DNA of 64,000 bases from Candidatus Latescibacterota bacterium (GTDB lineage Bacteria; Latescibacterota; CBDEFO01): positions 3,712,001 through 3,776,000 of the forward strand of contig OZ252149.1 in the NCBI GenBank assembly GCA_965248755.1. Direction: 5' to 3'. The translations under genes and the position numbers were made by a program. How positions within the stretch are numbered: the stretch's first letter is position 1; every line of letters starts with the position of its first letter. Of the stretch, positions 44,001 through 55,915 are shown piece by piece. The notes under the pieces are model-generated. The model searched no databases, was not told the origin of the DNA, and saw only the letters and a list, made by a program, of their open reading frames with translations.

Positions 44001-46569
44001 GACCTCCATCACCGGAAAATCCTCCGTTGGCATTACCAGTACCCCCACTTCCCGCCACGGTGGTGATGACGCCCAACGTATCCACCTTACGTATCCGGTG
44101 ATTGAAATAATCCGCAATATAGATTGACCCTGGTCCATCCACGAATACGCCAGAAGGGTAGAACAAACTCGCACTGGTAGCTTGACCATCATCACCGGAA
44201 AAAGCAGTTTGCCCATTTCCTGCCACGGTGGTGATGACGCCCAACGTATCCACCTTACGTATCCGACCACCGAGCTGTTCCGCAATATAGATATTTCCCG
44301 ATCCATGCACGAATACGTCAAAAGGACGAAACAAACCCGCACTGGTAGCTGGACCGTTATCACCGGAAGATGTCTGGGTGCCATTTCCTGCCACGGTGGT
44401 GATGACGCCCAGCGTATCAATCTTACGTACCCGTTCATTTAGCCTATCCGCGATATAGATAACCCCTGATCCATCCACGAATACGCCTTCAGGCTGAAAC
44501 AAACTCGCACTGGTAGCTTGACCATCATCACCGGAATATGCACCAGTGCCATTTCCCGCCACTGTGGAGATGTTGCCCGATGTATCCACTTTACGTATCC
44601 GATTATTGTTCCTATCCGAGATATAGATATTACCCGCTCCATCCGCGAATACTCCTCCAGGAGCACCCAAACTCGCGTCGGTAGCTTGACCTCCATCACC
44701 TAAGCCATCGGGTGGAGTTCCACCTCCTGCCACGGTATTGATGGGGCCAGGTGCGGGTGGAGGCGCAACGCCCTCTCCGGCCAGAGGAACTTCAAAGACT
44801 GGAGTGTCGGGGTCGTTGCTGTTGATCCTCACAGTATCGCTAACTGCTCCTGCAGAACTGGGTTGAAACTGAACAATAATTTTGGATAATCCGCCCGGGG
44901 GGATGCTGTGAGGGTATGTGCCCAGCAAAGATACATTAAACGGCGGCCCTCCGTAGGTCGCCTGGGAGAGAACAAGCGTATCTGTCCCGACATTGCTCAC
45001 CATCAGAGTATCCGACTTAGAACCGTCCACTTGCACAGTACCGAAGTCCACAGAATCCGGATTTACAGCTATGTTGGGCACAGGTGGCGCAACTGCAACA
45101 CCTGTGAGAGCCACAGACACGGTATCCTGAGCGGCGTCTGGATCGTTGCTCGGAATGACTAAAGTGGCGCTCTTAGACCCAACAGCGCCAGGACTGAAAT
45201 TCGCAATAACCTTGATATTACCACCTGGGACAATAGCCGTACCGGAAAGATTGGCAAGAATAGGATTAAAGCTGAAAGCAGCTATATTAGGACCGGTCTT
45301 GGATACAGTTCCCAAACGCAACGTGTCATTGCCGGTATTTGAGATAGTCAGTGAATCTTGTCTCAGCCCTCCTACCAGCAGGGTATCAAAATCGATAGAA
45401 ACAGGATCCAGAGCTATATTGGGTGCAGGAGGAGGCGCAGCAGGCCCCTCCACCTTACGTATCCGGTTATTGCTATTATCCGCAATATAGATATTGCCCG
45501 ATACATCCACGAATACGTCACGAGGGCCATTCAAGCTCGCACTGGTAGCTGCACTACCATCACCGGAAAATCCAGCAATACCATCTCCTGCCACGGTATT
45601 GATGTTGCCCGATGTATCCACCTTACGTATCACGTGATTGGAAAGATCCGCAATATAGATATTGCCCGATCCGTCCACGGATACGCCAAAAGGATTATTC
45701 AAGCTCGCACTGGTAGCTGGACCACCATCACCGGAAAATCCAGCAGTGTCATTCCCTGCCACGGTGGAGATGATGCCCGACGTATCCACCTTACGTATCC
45801 GGTGATTCCCTTGATCCCCAATATAGATATTGCCAGATCCATCCACGAATACGCTAAAAGGATTATTCAAGCTCGCACTGGTAGCTGGGCCATCATCACC
45901 GGAAAATCCAGGAGTGCCATTCCCTGCCACGGTGGTGATAGTGTCTGCTGACGTATCCACCTTACGTATCCGCTGATTGCTCGTATCCGCAATATAGATA
46001 TTGCCAGATCCATCCACGAATACGCCCCTAGGAAAATTCAAACTCGCACTGGTAGCTGGACCACCATCACCGGAAAATGTCTTGGTGCCATTTCCCACCA
46101 CCGTGGAGATGTTGCCCGACGTATCCACCTTACGTATCCGTGCATTGTCCCTGTCCGCAATATAGATATTGCCCTCAGCATCCACGAATACGCCCTCAGG
46201 AAGTTTCAATCTCGCACTGGTAGCTGCAAGACCATCACCGGAAAATCCACCGTTGGCAGCACCAGTAGGTCCACTACCTGCCACGGTGGTGATAGTGTCT
46301 GTTGACGTATCCACCTTACGTATCCGGTGATTGACATGATCCACAATATAGATATTGCCCGATCCATCCACGAATACGCCACGAGGCTGATTGAAACTCG
46401 CATTGGTAGCTGGACCACCATCACCAGTAGATCCAGCAGTTCCATTTCCCGCCACGGTGGAGATGTCGCCTGGTGCAGCAACAACTGAAGAGACAAATCC
46501 AAACATCCAAAAGCCCAATACCAACATACCAGTCAGAATCTGTTTGACGTGATCTCTTTTCACGTTCAT
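41027..46569 (-). pseudogene. N-terminal part of a giant secreted NHL-repeat / Ig-like / cohesin protein (2219 aa reconstituted)
   Basis: Signal peptide; three blocks of NHL repeats (P.GVFVD.SGNIYIAD..N.RIRKVD); SNDPD Ig-like repeats; cut at ...SPEPGTALI. Confidence 0.88.
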
Positions 46570-46786
46570 TTATACTATCCCCCTGCGTTGAAATGTGTTG
46601 TGATGAGTTTTGAGAACTCGAACAATATCTCGTGTTTCGATAGGGGCGAGGTAAGCTTGCCCCTAAATTTATTAGTGTTGAATGAAGATAACTAAATCTT
46701 AGTGTCTTTACTGTGACACAAGTTACAAGTATAAGGAAAAATAAGAGGATTGTCAATAAAAAGATGCAGTGTCAACAAGAACCTTC

Positions 46787-47845
46787 TCACATCTCCTCCA
46801 ACTTCAGCCGTGGGTCTGCGCTGAGGTCGAGGCCGGATGTCTGTCCTTCTTGGAATCTGAATGCCCCTGCTGCTGCTATCATTGCGGCGTTGTCCGTGCA
46901 GAGGGACGGGGGAGGATACAAAACGCGGATGTTGTGTTCTGCGGCTCTTTGGCTCATCAGTTCTCTGAGGCGATAGTTGGCGGCGACTCCACCTACGACA
47001 GCTACTCTGTCTATGTTCAGAGCGCAGGCGGCGGAGATGGTCTTAGCGACTAAGACGTCCGCTACGGCCTCCTGGAAGCTTGCGGTGATGTCGGAGAGTT
47101 GTTCCTGTATCTGGAATGCGGACAGTTTACGGAGGTATCTCAAAACAGCAGTTTTAAGCCCGCTGAAGCTGAACTCGTAGCCATCTTCGTGGATCATCCC
47201 TCTGGGGAAGTGGATGGCTTCTGGATCGCCAGTCTTCGACAGGTCGGAGATGATGGGTCCTCCCATTACGGGACCTTCAGGTGGGATGAGGTCGAGGATC
47301 TTTGCGACTTTATCGAAGGCCTCTCCTGCGGCGTCGTCTCTGGTGGAGCCTATGACATGATATGTTCCAAGTTCGGGCACGGATACTATCTGTGTGTGTC
47401 CGCCTGAGACGATGAGGCACAGAAGTGGTGAGACCAACCCGTGTGAAGACCCAAGGTGGTGCGACCACACCGTGTCATCGTCACTCATCAGGACTGAGAA
47501 GATGTGCCCTTCCAGGTGATGTATGCCTATGAAGGGAACGCCGAGGGCAAGGGATATGCCCTTTGCCGCGGATACTCCGATGTGGAGACAGCCTGCAAGG
47601 CCAGGTCCCCGGGTTACAGCGATGAGGTCTATGTCTTCGAGCTTTAGTTCGGCTTCTGTAAGGGCTGCGTCTATGGCGGGAAGGAGCTTTCTTATGTGCG
47701 CTCTGGATGCAAGTTCGGGAACGACGCCTCCGTACTTTGCGTGCTCGTACTGAGACATGACGATGTTGGAGAGGATTTGTCTATCTTCGCTGAGAACCGC
47801 CGCTGACGTCTCATCGCACGATGTCTCTATGCCCAGTGTAAGCAC
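46787..47845 (-). CDS. tsaD: tRNA N6-adenosine threonylcarbamoyltransferase
   Basis: LGIETSCDET, GGVVPELASRAH, HHLEGH, DDAAGEAFDK, CTDNAAMIA. Confidence 0.97.
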   Translation of the reverse strand: MLTLGIETSCDETSAAVLSEDRQILSNIVMSQYEHAKYGGVVPELASRAHIRKLLPAIDAALTEAELKLEDIDLIAVTRGPGLAGCLHIGVSAAKGISLALGVPFIGIHHLEGHIFSVLMSDDDTVWSHHLGSSHGLVSPLLCLIVSGGHTQIVSVPELGTYHVIGSTRDDAAGEAFDKVAKILDLIPPEGPVMGGPIISDLSKTGDPEAIHFPRGMIHEDGYEFSFSGLKTAVLRYLRKLSAFQIQEQLSDITASFQEAVADVLVAKTISAACALNIDRVAVVGGVAANYRLRELMSQRAAEHNIRVLYPPPSLCTDNAAMIAAAGAFRFQEGQTSGLDLSADPRLKLEEM

Positions 47846-47849
47846 TTTT

Positions 47850-48860
47850 CTATTTCTGATCGCTGATCTCTGTGATATTAAAAGTCTTGGGGCTGATATC
47901 TATCGCTTCTACGTCGCGGGGCAGTGAAATCTCGGCTGTGAGTTCTGCTCCTTCCGTCTCCTTCCATTTTCTGTAGTCCACGGAGGCCTTGAAGTCCTTT
48001 GGGCGCAAAAGCTCGATGTAATCCGCGCCGCCTCTGATTCTCATGTTGAGCATTGAGGGATCTGCTATGGCTCCTATAACCTTCCTTCGGCGGGGGATAT
48101 TTACAACATCGACCGCGATACCTGGTATCTCCCTTTCTCCTATAATCTGTATATCCGCTAAGAAGTTCACCTGGGAGGGAGATAAAACGATGTTTACTCC
48201 CTCAGGGGCATCAACGGGCAACTGGATGTCTATATCGTCCTGGACGTCCTTAAATTCTCTGGGAGTCAGTGTCACAGAGTTGAGGGGTAAGATGTATCTT
48301 TCGGGACCTGAGACCTTGATCTTTAGCGGATCTATGATTATGTCCCCGACCTGTAAATAGCCGTCGGCTGTCTCTATGCGTGTCTGATGTTTAAGGGGAA
48401 GTTCTACGGTCATTAACCTATCGAGTTCTATTTCGACTATCCTTGGGTCTATGATCTGTTGGACATCTATGGGGAATTTCGATTCGGTGGGCGTAAGTAT
48501 CTTTACATCTGATTTGGAGAGACTATACGTTTTTGTCTTTTCTTTGGCGGTGGGTGCCTGAAGTATGACTCTTATATCGCGTGAGCCCATGCCGAAGAGG
48601 AATAACTTACCCGGTCCTTTGACAGTGATGTCTATCTCGGAAGGGAGTCGGTTGGCTACGAGCCAGTCTTCGGGGATCTCCTCAACGTGGAGGGGAACCC
48701 CGATGGTGTAGTCGTATTCGTTCTCGGTGACCACGTGGAGCCAGATCAGAACTGCAATAAGCAGAGCGCCGATTCCGGCACTTGGATTGCCGAGTATAGA
48801 GCCTTCAGCCATCTTTTGATTTGGAGGACAAGATTCAAAATGGCGGAGGAGAACCGCCAC
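47850..48860 (-). CDS. CdaR/YbbR-like protein
   Basis: ALLIAVLIWLHV TM segment then repeated P..I.V.GP modules; start uncertain. Confidence 0.7.
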   Translation of the reverse strand: MAVLLRHFESCPPNQKMAEGSILGNPSAGIGALLIAVLIWLHVVTENEYDYTIGVPLHVEEIPEDWLVANRLPSEIDITVKGPGKLFLFGMGSRDIRVILQAPTAKEKTKTYSLSKSDVKILTPTESKFPIDVQQIIDPRIVEIELDRLMTVELPLKHQTRIETADGYLQVGDIIIDPLKIKVSGPERYILPLNSVTLTPREFKDVQDDIDIQLPVDAPEGVNIVLSPSQVNFLADIQIIGEREIPGIAVDVVNIPRRRKVIGAIADPSMLNMRIRGGADYIELLRPKDFKASVDYRKWKETEGAELTAEISLPRDVEAIDISPKTFNITEISDQK

Positions 48861-48943
48861 AGTCTATTTCTGCTACCTTCCCGGATTAAACTTGATGATT
48901 TTGCAAGCTACTTTGCATATCTAAAACGGCATCCGGTATCGCA

Positions 48944-49135
48944 CTATTTGTACGATTCAGTTATCACTCTTCCTATGCTAATTTCACCGTTATCGATTCT
49001 CAGGTTGAATCCGCACTTAGGATTGCTGCAGACCCAAGCCTTGTACATAATGGATGAACCCTCTCTACCGTAGTCCGACAGGGGTAGCAATACACCGTCT
49101 GAGCATTTATGACACACAGGGAAAGCTTCTTCCAT
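48944..49135 (-). CDS. Small zinc-ribbon-like protein
   Basis: GGAGG RBS; CHKC...LLPLSDYG...YKAWVCSNPKCGF. Confidence 0.7.
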   Translation of the reverse strand: MEEAFPVCHKCSDGVLLPLSDYGREGSSIMYKAWVCSNPKCGFNLRIDNGEISIGRVITESYK

Positions 49136-49479
49136 AACCTTTCCTCCCCTCCCTTCTATAATGTATTTTCAGTCGATTTTTGACGGGGCTTCAGGCCGTC
49201 GATTTTTGACGGGGCTTCTGCCCGTTAGAAGCATCTTTAACGATTACTCCTCCTCCACCCTCCTTGCAAGTAGACAGTAGTAAGTAGACTGGGGGTAGCC
49301 TCTCAGCCCTTGAGATTGCTTCCCCCGACCTCCAATAGAGTCAAACGGGGGAGCTCGTAATGACGCAGAGGAGTCTCGTAATGACGTTGTGCAGCTCGGG
49401 CATTGCGAGTGGGTGAAATCCCCTGAAGTAATCTCCCTGTATGCTGTCCACTTGTTTATGCTGTCTATCTCAAACAGAT

Positions 49480-50190
49480 TTATAGTTTCTGTGCTAACTG
49501 TTCCCCCTCTGTTTCCTCCTTTCCCTTTAGCGATCTGTCTTTGAATTTGGCTACTTCGATGTCCGCTAACCTGGTGGGTTCAGGTAGTCGGTAGCGGCTA
49601 CAGCACTCTAAGACGATCTTTACTGCCGATTCAATGTCTATAAGGTGTCCGGGCGATACAAAGACCGGATTTACCGCATCTTTGGTTCTGAGGACGGCCC
49701 CGATCCTCTCTTCTCCGCTGAGCAGATAGGAATGGGATCCTCTTTGGACGCCCGGTTCTTCATAATCTCCTACAAGTTTGGATTTGGCGCATCCTATAGA
49801 GGGCCTGTTCAATAGGAGTCCCATGTGGGATGCCAGTCCACATCCTCTGGGATGGGCGATGCCCTGTCCATCAAATATTATGACGTCCGGTTCGCACCCT
49901 AAATTGTCGAAGGCCTTCAAAAGAGCCGGTCCTTCTCTAAAGGAGAGCAGCCCTGGGACGTACGGAAACGAAAGTGGCGCCGAGGCCGATTGAATCTCTA
50001 TTACTTCTGAAGAATCAAAATCCAAAACGACGACTGTGGCGAAGACTTTGCCGTCATCTTGGCAAAAGGCCACATCCGCTCCGGCCACTGCCTCTATGTT
50101 ATCTCGAAGATCGAATCGGAGCGTCAACTGCTCTTTGAGCCTCTTCTGAATCTGGAAGGCTTCCCCTGGCTCAACGTCCCACGAGTGCAT
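49480..50190 (-). CDS. nfi: Endonuclease V
   Basis: VAGADV, FPYVPGLLSFRE, DGQGIAHPR..GLASH, IGCAKS, SPGH, PEPTRLAD. Confidence 0.96.
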   Translation of the reverse strand: MHSWDVEPGEAFQIQKRLKEQLTLRFDLRDNIEAVAGADVAFCQDDGKVFATVVVLDFDSSEVIEIQSASAPLSFPYVPGLLSFREGPALLKAFDNLGCEPDVIIFDGQGIAHPRGCGLASHMGLLLNRPSIGCAKSKLVGDYEEPGVQRGSHSYLLSGEERIGAVLRTKDAVNPVFVSPGHLIDIESAVKIVLECCSRYRLPEPTRLADIEVAKFKDRSLKGKEETEGEQLAQKL

Positions 50191-50640
50191 AACGCGGGCT
50201 TTCAGATCACCGTCTCCTTAAGCGAAAGTGGCGCGATCACTCCGTGTCAAAACTGCTGGATCTGCTCCGCTTCTAAGGGATACTTTAGCTGCTTTGTAGA
50301 ACATTAGGAAATATTAATGGAAAAGTCAAGGAAAATCTACGGGATAAGCAAGTAGAAACTGGTCGGCAGACAGGGCACCGCCTCCCATCCCAGGAGATTG
50401 CTTCCCCCCGACCCCCGATTGACTCTATCGGGGGTTCAATCGCTGGCGCTGGGAATGACGTTGTCCATCTTGGTCATTGCGAGGGAGGCCTGCCCCCGAA
50501 TGATTCTATCGGGGGTCATCCCGAAACAATCTCCCTGTATGCTGTCCAGTATTTTTCTTGACAAGCCTCACTGTCGGTAGTATCTTTTTGTGGATTAGGG
50601 TTTTAGGTCAATCAGGAATTCCTTAAGCTTGGAAGAAAAG

Positions 50641-51427
50641 ATGCATATGATGCATATACTGAGGACATTGACATTTGTCGCTTTGATGTGCGGGATTGCA
50701 TCTCTATCCTGGGGCCAATCCGTGACGCTCAGGGTCGAAGACGCAGTCATAGACGAAGGAACTGCATCTGTCTCTGTGCCGATCTTCTTCGACACTAGCG
50801 ACCTGAGACCTATACGGAGCATGCAGATACAGCTTCTGTTCGATACGGATGATCTTCTGTTTAAGAGGGCAAATAAGGTGTCGAGCCGTCTGAACAGATT
50901 CGTGGTGAGGGCGGACGCGGAGATCCTGAAAGCCCAGACGGGAACCTTTGGATTGGATATAGATATTTTTGCCATCGGGGGACGTACGATCCCTGCCGGG
51001 GCGGATATTATCCTTACTCTGGACTTTGATATAATTGAAGGGGCTACATTACCCTCACAACTAACCTTTCTACCGTTCGATGGTGTGTGTAGCACTAGGC
51101 ACAAAAGGGGTTATCGATGCCGACAGCGGATTTCCAGATGACCAGCATCCGCTGATTCTTGAGAATGGCAACATCGTAATAGTAGTAAAAAAGCTTATAG
51201 GTGACATCAGCAGAAACGTCAAGGTTAGTTCTTTCGACGCTTCTTTAGCACTAATGTATTCGGTCGGAATCAGGAACATAATACGCGAGTTCTTTGACGG
51301 GAATATAGGACTATTCCTTGATATCTCCGATGTGACTCGCAATGGGGAAGTGACATCTATGGATGCCGTTCGAATTTTGCAATTTGTAGTTGGGAATATC
51401 CCAGGACTCCCGTTCCAAGAAAACTGA
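50641..51427 (+). pseudogene. Secreted cohesin + dockerin protein, frameshifted in a GT repeat near 51085
   Basis: Signal peptide and cohesin-like domain nearly identical to next gene; extra GTGT; GDISRN..SSFDA / DVTRNGEVTSMDA dockerin pair. Confidence 0.72.
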
Positions 51428-51443
51428 TCAAGGGAAAATACTT

Positions 51444-54400
51444 ATGACATCGCATACACCGGATCATAGGTTCAAAAGTTTGATAACGGTGGTTTTGGTT
51501 CTCGCAAGTGCCGTCTTGGGGATTGCATCTCTATCCTGGGGCCAGGCTGTGACGCTCAGGGTCGAAGACGTGGTCATAGATGAAGGAGCTACGTCTGTCT
51601 CTGTGCCGATCTTTTTCGATAATAGCGACCTGGGACCTATACGAAGTATGCAGATACAGCTTCTGTTCGATACGGATGATCTTCTGTTTAAGAGGGCAAA
51701 TAAGGTGTCGAGCCGTCTGAACAGATTCGTGGTGAGGGCGGACGCGGAGATCCTGAAAGCCCAGACGGGAACCTTTGGATTGGATATAGATATTTTTGCC
51801 ATCGGGGGACGTACGATCCCTGCCGGGGCGGATATTATCATTTCTCTGGACTTCGATATAATTGAAGGGGCGACATTACCTTCCCAGCTATCCTTTCTGC
51901 CGTTCGATGGTGTGGCTTCAGGCACAAAAGGGGTTATCGATGCCGACAGTGGATTCCCGAACGACCAGCACCCGATGATTCTTGAGGATGGGGCGATAAA
52001 GTTGAACGCTCCGGCTATCGGTGTAAGCGCTGATTTTCTGGATTTCGGTGACGTTGTTGTGGGAAGTAAAAAGAGTAAGACTCTGAGGATATACAGCATC
52101 GGTGCGTTGGACCTATCCCTGGGGGAGATTTCTGTTTCAGGGGACGCTTTTTTGGCTTCTGGAGGGAATGTCCTGGTGGCTGTGGGCGACAGTTCGGATG
52201 TGATCGTTGAGTTTGAACCGCCCAGCGTGGGCGCCTCTTCGGGAAGTCTGACTATTGTGAGCGACGCCGTTAACGATCCCAATCTGGTTGTCGCTTTAAG
52301 GGGCGAGGGCGTCGGTGCGGATATTGACGCTGCCCCCGATTCCCTGGATTTTGGCAGTGTCCCAGTCTTGGATAGCCTGCATATGGTTTTAGCGGTCAGG
52401 AATACAGGCATCGGTATGGATCTCGTCTTGAATAGTGTTAGTGTGTCGGGTCCCGGGTTTGAGCTGACCTCTGTTTCGAGTAGTGTTGTAGCTGCGGGGG
52501 ACAGCAGCCAGATTGTGGTCAGGTTTAGGCCCGATTCTTTAGGGACTGCGTCAGGTGTCCTGAGTATTGAGAGTAATGACCAGGATGAGCCGAGCCTGAT
52601 TATCTCTCTGAAAGGTAGGGGGACCGGCGAACCGGATGTGTCTCTCTTCCCGGATTCTCTGAATTTCGAGGGTATAAGTGTGAAGGATTCTACGTTGGAT
52701 ACGTTGTTTATAAGGAATAAGGGAAACGTGGAGTTGAAGGTGGATACGGTGGGAATGTCGAGCGGAGATAGTTCCTTCAGCGTATCTGAACTTGTGTTTC
52801 CTGTGATTGTGGACACCGCGGATAGCCTTTCGGTTATTGTGTATTTTTCGCCGCAGGCCGCAGGCAGCTTTTTAGATAGTCTCTTTGTCATAAGTGGCGA
52901 TCCTGACAGCGACACTCTATGGGTTATGGTTTCCGGCGTGGGATTGATTATCTCAAGCATTTCTCTGTCACAGGAGACGATAGATTTTGGTAATGTGCCT
53001 TTCGGCAGAGCTGAGGAGAGGTCGCTGGGCATAAGGAATGTGGGATCCAACGTGCTGAGCCTGGATATTTCCCATATGACGGGTCCATTTGAGGTGGTCT
53101 CTCCCGTATTTCCGCAGACTCTGAACGCGGATGTAAGGATTTTAGCGACGATAAGGTTCGAGCCTTCAAATTTGGGGATTGTCACAGGAAGCTTGGGCCT
53201 GGAGACCGATGATCCTGATCAGAGTCCTGTAGAGATAAGATTGAGGGGGAGAGGAATCGAGTCTGCTCCTACGGTCATATCCTCTTTTGGGGACTTCGAT
53301 TATGACTGCGACATAGACCTTGAGGATTTTGTCTTCTTCTTAGCCCCCATTCGCCATATTAGACCCGAAAAATGGTTGTCAAAGTCGCCAGAACATGTTA
53401 TATTACAATAAATAAGACTCATAAATGGCGGATAAATATTGATCATCCAGAGGGTGAAAGAATGAAAGTAGGTTTTGATGGAGGAATAAAGCTTGAATTT
53501 CATGGTGCAAAGGTGACATCAAACGGTGGACTTCTTGCGTATCGTGACCTTGATTACGCACTGGGATTATTTGATTCGGTATCAGCGGTTTTTACCGATA
53601 AACGCACAGGCCGTAATATCCAACATGATATATCTACTCTCCTGCGTCAATCGATATACAGCCGTCTTGCAGGATATGAAGATGTAAATGACGCCGAGCG
53701 ATTATCCGTTGATCCCGTCATGCGAGCGATTACCGGAAAGAAGGACAAAGGCAGGCAAGCTGCCAGCTCCAACACGATAGGACGTTTTGAAACTGATATA
53801 CTGACTCAGCATGACAATCTCAGAAACTTGTCAGATATCAATGGCAAGTGGGTTCAAAAAGCGATGAGTAAAACACAGCATCAACGAATCATTCTGGACA
53901 TGGACAGTTCGGAGAGTCCGGTACATGGCCAGCAGGAAGGATCAGCTTACAACGGTCATTTCGGATGTACCTGTTTTCATCCAGTGTTCTGCTTCAATCA
54001 GTTCGGGGATTGTGAAGGAGTCCTACTTCGCTCTGGTAATGTTCACAGTGCTGATCGTTGGAAGGAAGTTCTGGAACCGATCGTCAAGAGATACGAGAGC
54101 AAGAAGAATAGGAAATACTTTCGAGGCGATGCTGCATTCGCAAAGCCTGAGATTTATGATTATCTGGAGGGAAACGGCTATTTGTATGCCATTCGGCTTC
54201 CCGCAAATGAGATACTCTATGAAAAGATACGATACCTGCTGACTCGGCCAGTTGGACGACCGCCGAGGAAACCGATTGTATCGTTATATGAATTTCAATA
54301 TAAAGCGGCCAGTTGGGATCAATCGAGGCGAGTGGTCGCCAAGGTTGAATGGCACCAAGGGGAGTTATTCCCAAGAGTGGGATTTATCGTGACCAACATG

Positions 54401-55215
54401 AGCGCCAAGCCAGAAGGCGTGGTACACTTCTACAATGGCCGTGGCAGAGCTGAGCAGTGGATTAAGGAGGGCAAGTATGCTCTGAACTGGACCCGACTCT
54501 CATGCAAGCGTTTCGTCTCCAATCAGGTGAGGCTCTGGCTGTTTGTTCTGGCTTACAACTTGGGCAACTTCCTGCGACGTTTTGTTCTTCCGAAGAAAAT
54601 CAAACACTGGTCACTACGCAGCCTCCTCGTGAAATTTATCAAAATCGGAGCGAAGATTGTCAGACACAGCGGATATATTACGTTTCAAATGGCTGAGGTT
54701 GGGATAGACAAGAGGTTATTTGCCGAAATATTATCCCGGATTGAACGATTGCGATGTTATTCTGTTTAAACTGCCACATTTTTTTGTGAGTCGATGGAGA
54801 GGTGTCTCTAATTGGAGGATTTAAACACAAAGAAAGTGATAATTCAGAGGAAAATACTATTTTAATTGAAAAAAGTACTTGTTGAAAAATGTAAAAGTGG
54901 TAATATTAATTCAGAAACAAGAATGTATCGAAATATAATCCCTCATGAATGTGATATGGGGAATGTCGGTCGAATCTATTATAGGTCTTCCAGGCGTTGC
55001 TCCACATGTCCATACACTCCACTTTGTGCTTGGCGTACTGAACGCGCTGGAACTGGTATTTTCCGCGCTTAGATGTCTTCGGAAGTTCATCTCCGATAGA
55101 TTCAATCGGGGAGAAGTCTGCCAATTGGGATCCTAAATTCGACTTGAATAACGATGGGAACGTTGGGCTTTCGGATTTTGTGGTTTTCCTGGATAACTTC
55201 GACAGAGAATGCTAA
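51444..55215 (+). pseudogene. Secreted cohesin + Ig-like repeats + EF-hand/dockerin-like protein split by IS copy D (680 aa reconstituted)
   Basis: ...DFDYDCDIDLEDFVFFL|DVFG...WDPKFDLNNDGNVGLSDF rejoins in frame at the CTTAG duplication. Confidence 0.83.
53344..54969 (+). mobile_element. IS1380-family element, copy D (1626 bp)
   Basis: Same ends; transposase 53372-54769. Confidence 0.95.
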
Positions 55216-55381
55216 GAAAAGTAGACAGTAGACAGTAGACAGGGAAAAGCAAAGGCAAAGACAGATACACGTGTTTGCCCCTACAGCTCCGCCGTTCTAT
55301 GTGGGGGCGAATGCATGGGGTTCGCCCGGCAGACTATGAATAGGTCCATCTCAGGGAGTCAGAAGATAAGGAGTTGCAGCT

Positions 55382-55915
55382 ATGGTTAAAGTAGGACAGA
55401 CGAGCCTGGAAGTGGTCATGGGAGATATTGCGGACAGCGATACAGAGGCGGTCGTAAACGCTGCGAATGATCGCCTGTGGATGGGGAGCGTAGTCGCCGG
55501 AGCGATCAAAAGGAATGGCGGAAAGATAATTGAGGATGAAGCGGTAGCTTTGGGGCCTATTCCTATTGGCGAAGCTGTGGTCACATCCGGGGGCAATCTG
55601 AAGGACAAGTACGTGATTCACGCCGCCGGGATGGGTCAGGAGTTGAAGACGGATGAGGAGACGGTAAAACTGGCGACGAAGAACAGTCTTCATAAGGGCC
55701 GAGGAAAAGGGGATAGAGTCTCTGGCACTCCCCGCCATAGGGACAGGAGTGGGTGGACTTTCTATAGATAGATGTGCGAAGGTTATGGTGGATGCGGCCG
55801 GGGATCATCTGATGGAGACAAAGTGCTTAAAGAGAGTTGCTTCGCGCTCTTCGACCAACCGGCGTATAGTGCGTTTCACAATTATCTAGTGGCAAAGTTC
55901 AGCTCTGGGGAGTAA
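55382..55915 (+). pseudogene. Macro domain protein (O-acetyl-ADP-ribose deacetylase-like) with two apparent frameshifts
   Basis: GDIAD....AVVNAAN, VIHAA; LALPAIGTGVGG appears in a shifted frame after about 55691; second shift near 55839. Confidence 0.75.

Noticed and set aside
50690..51990. Near-identical repeats as a DGR template/variable pair
   Set aside because: Differences are not confined to adenines, both copies are N-terminal coding sequence, and no DGR-type RT is present
51464..53185. 573-aa minus-strand ORF
   Set aside because: Antisense shadow of the repetitive plus-strand surface-protein gene; no recognisable motifs
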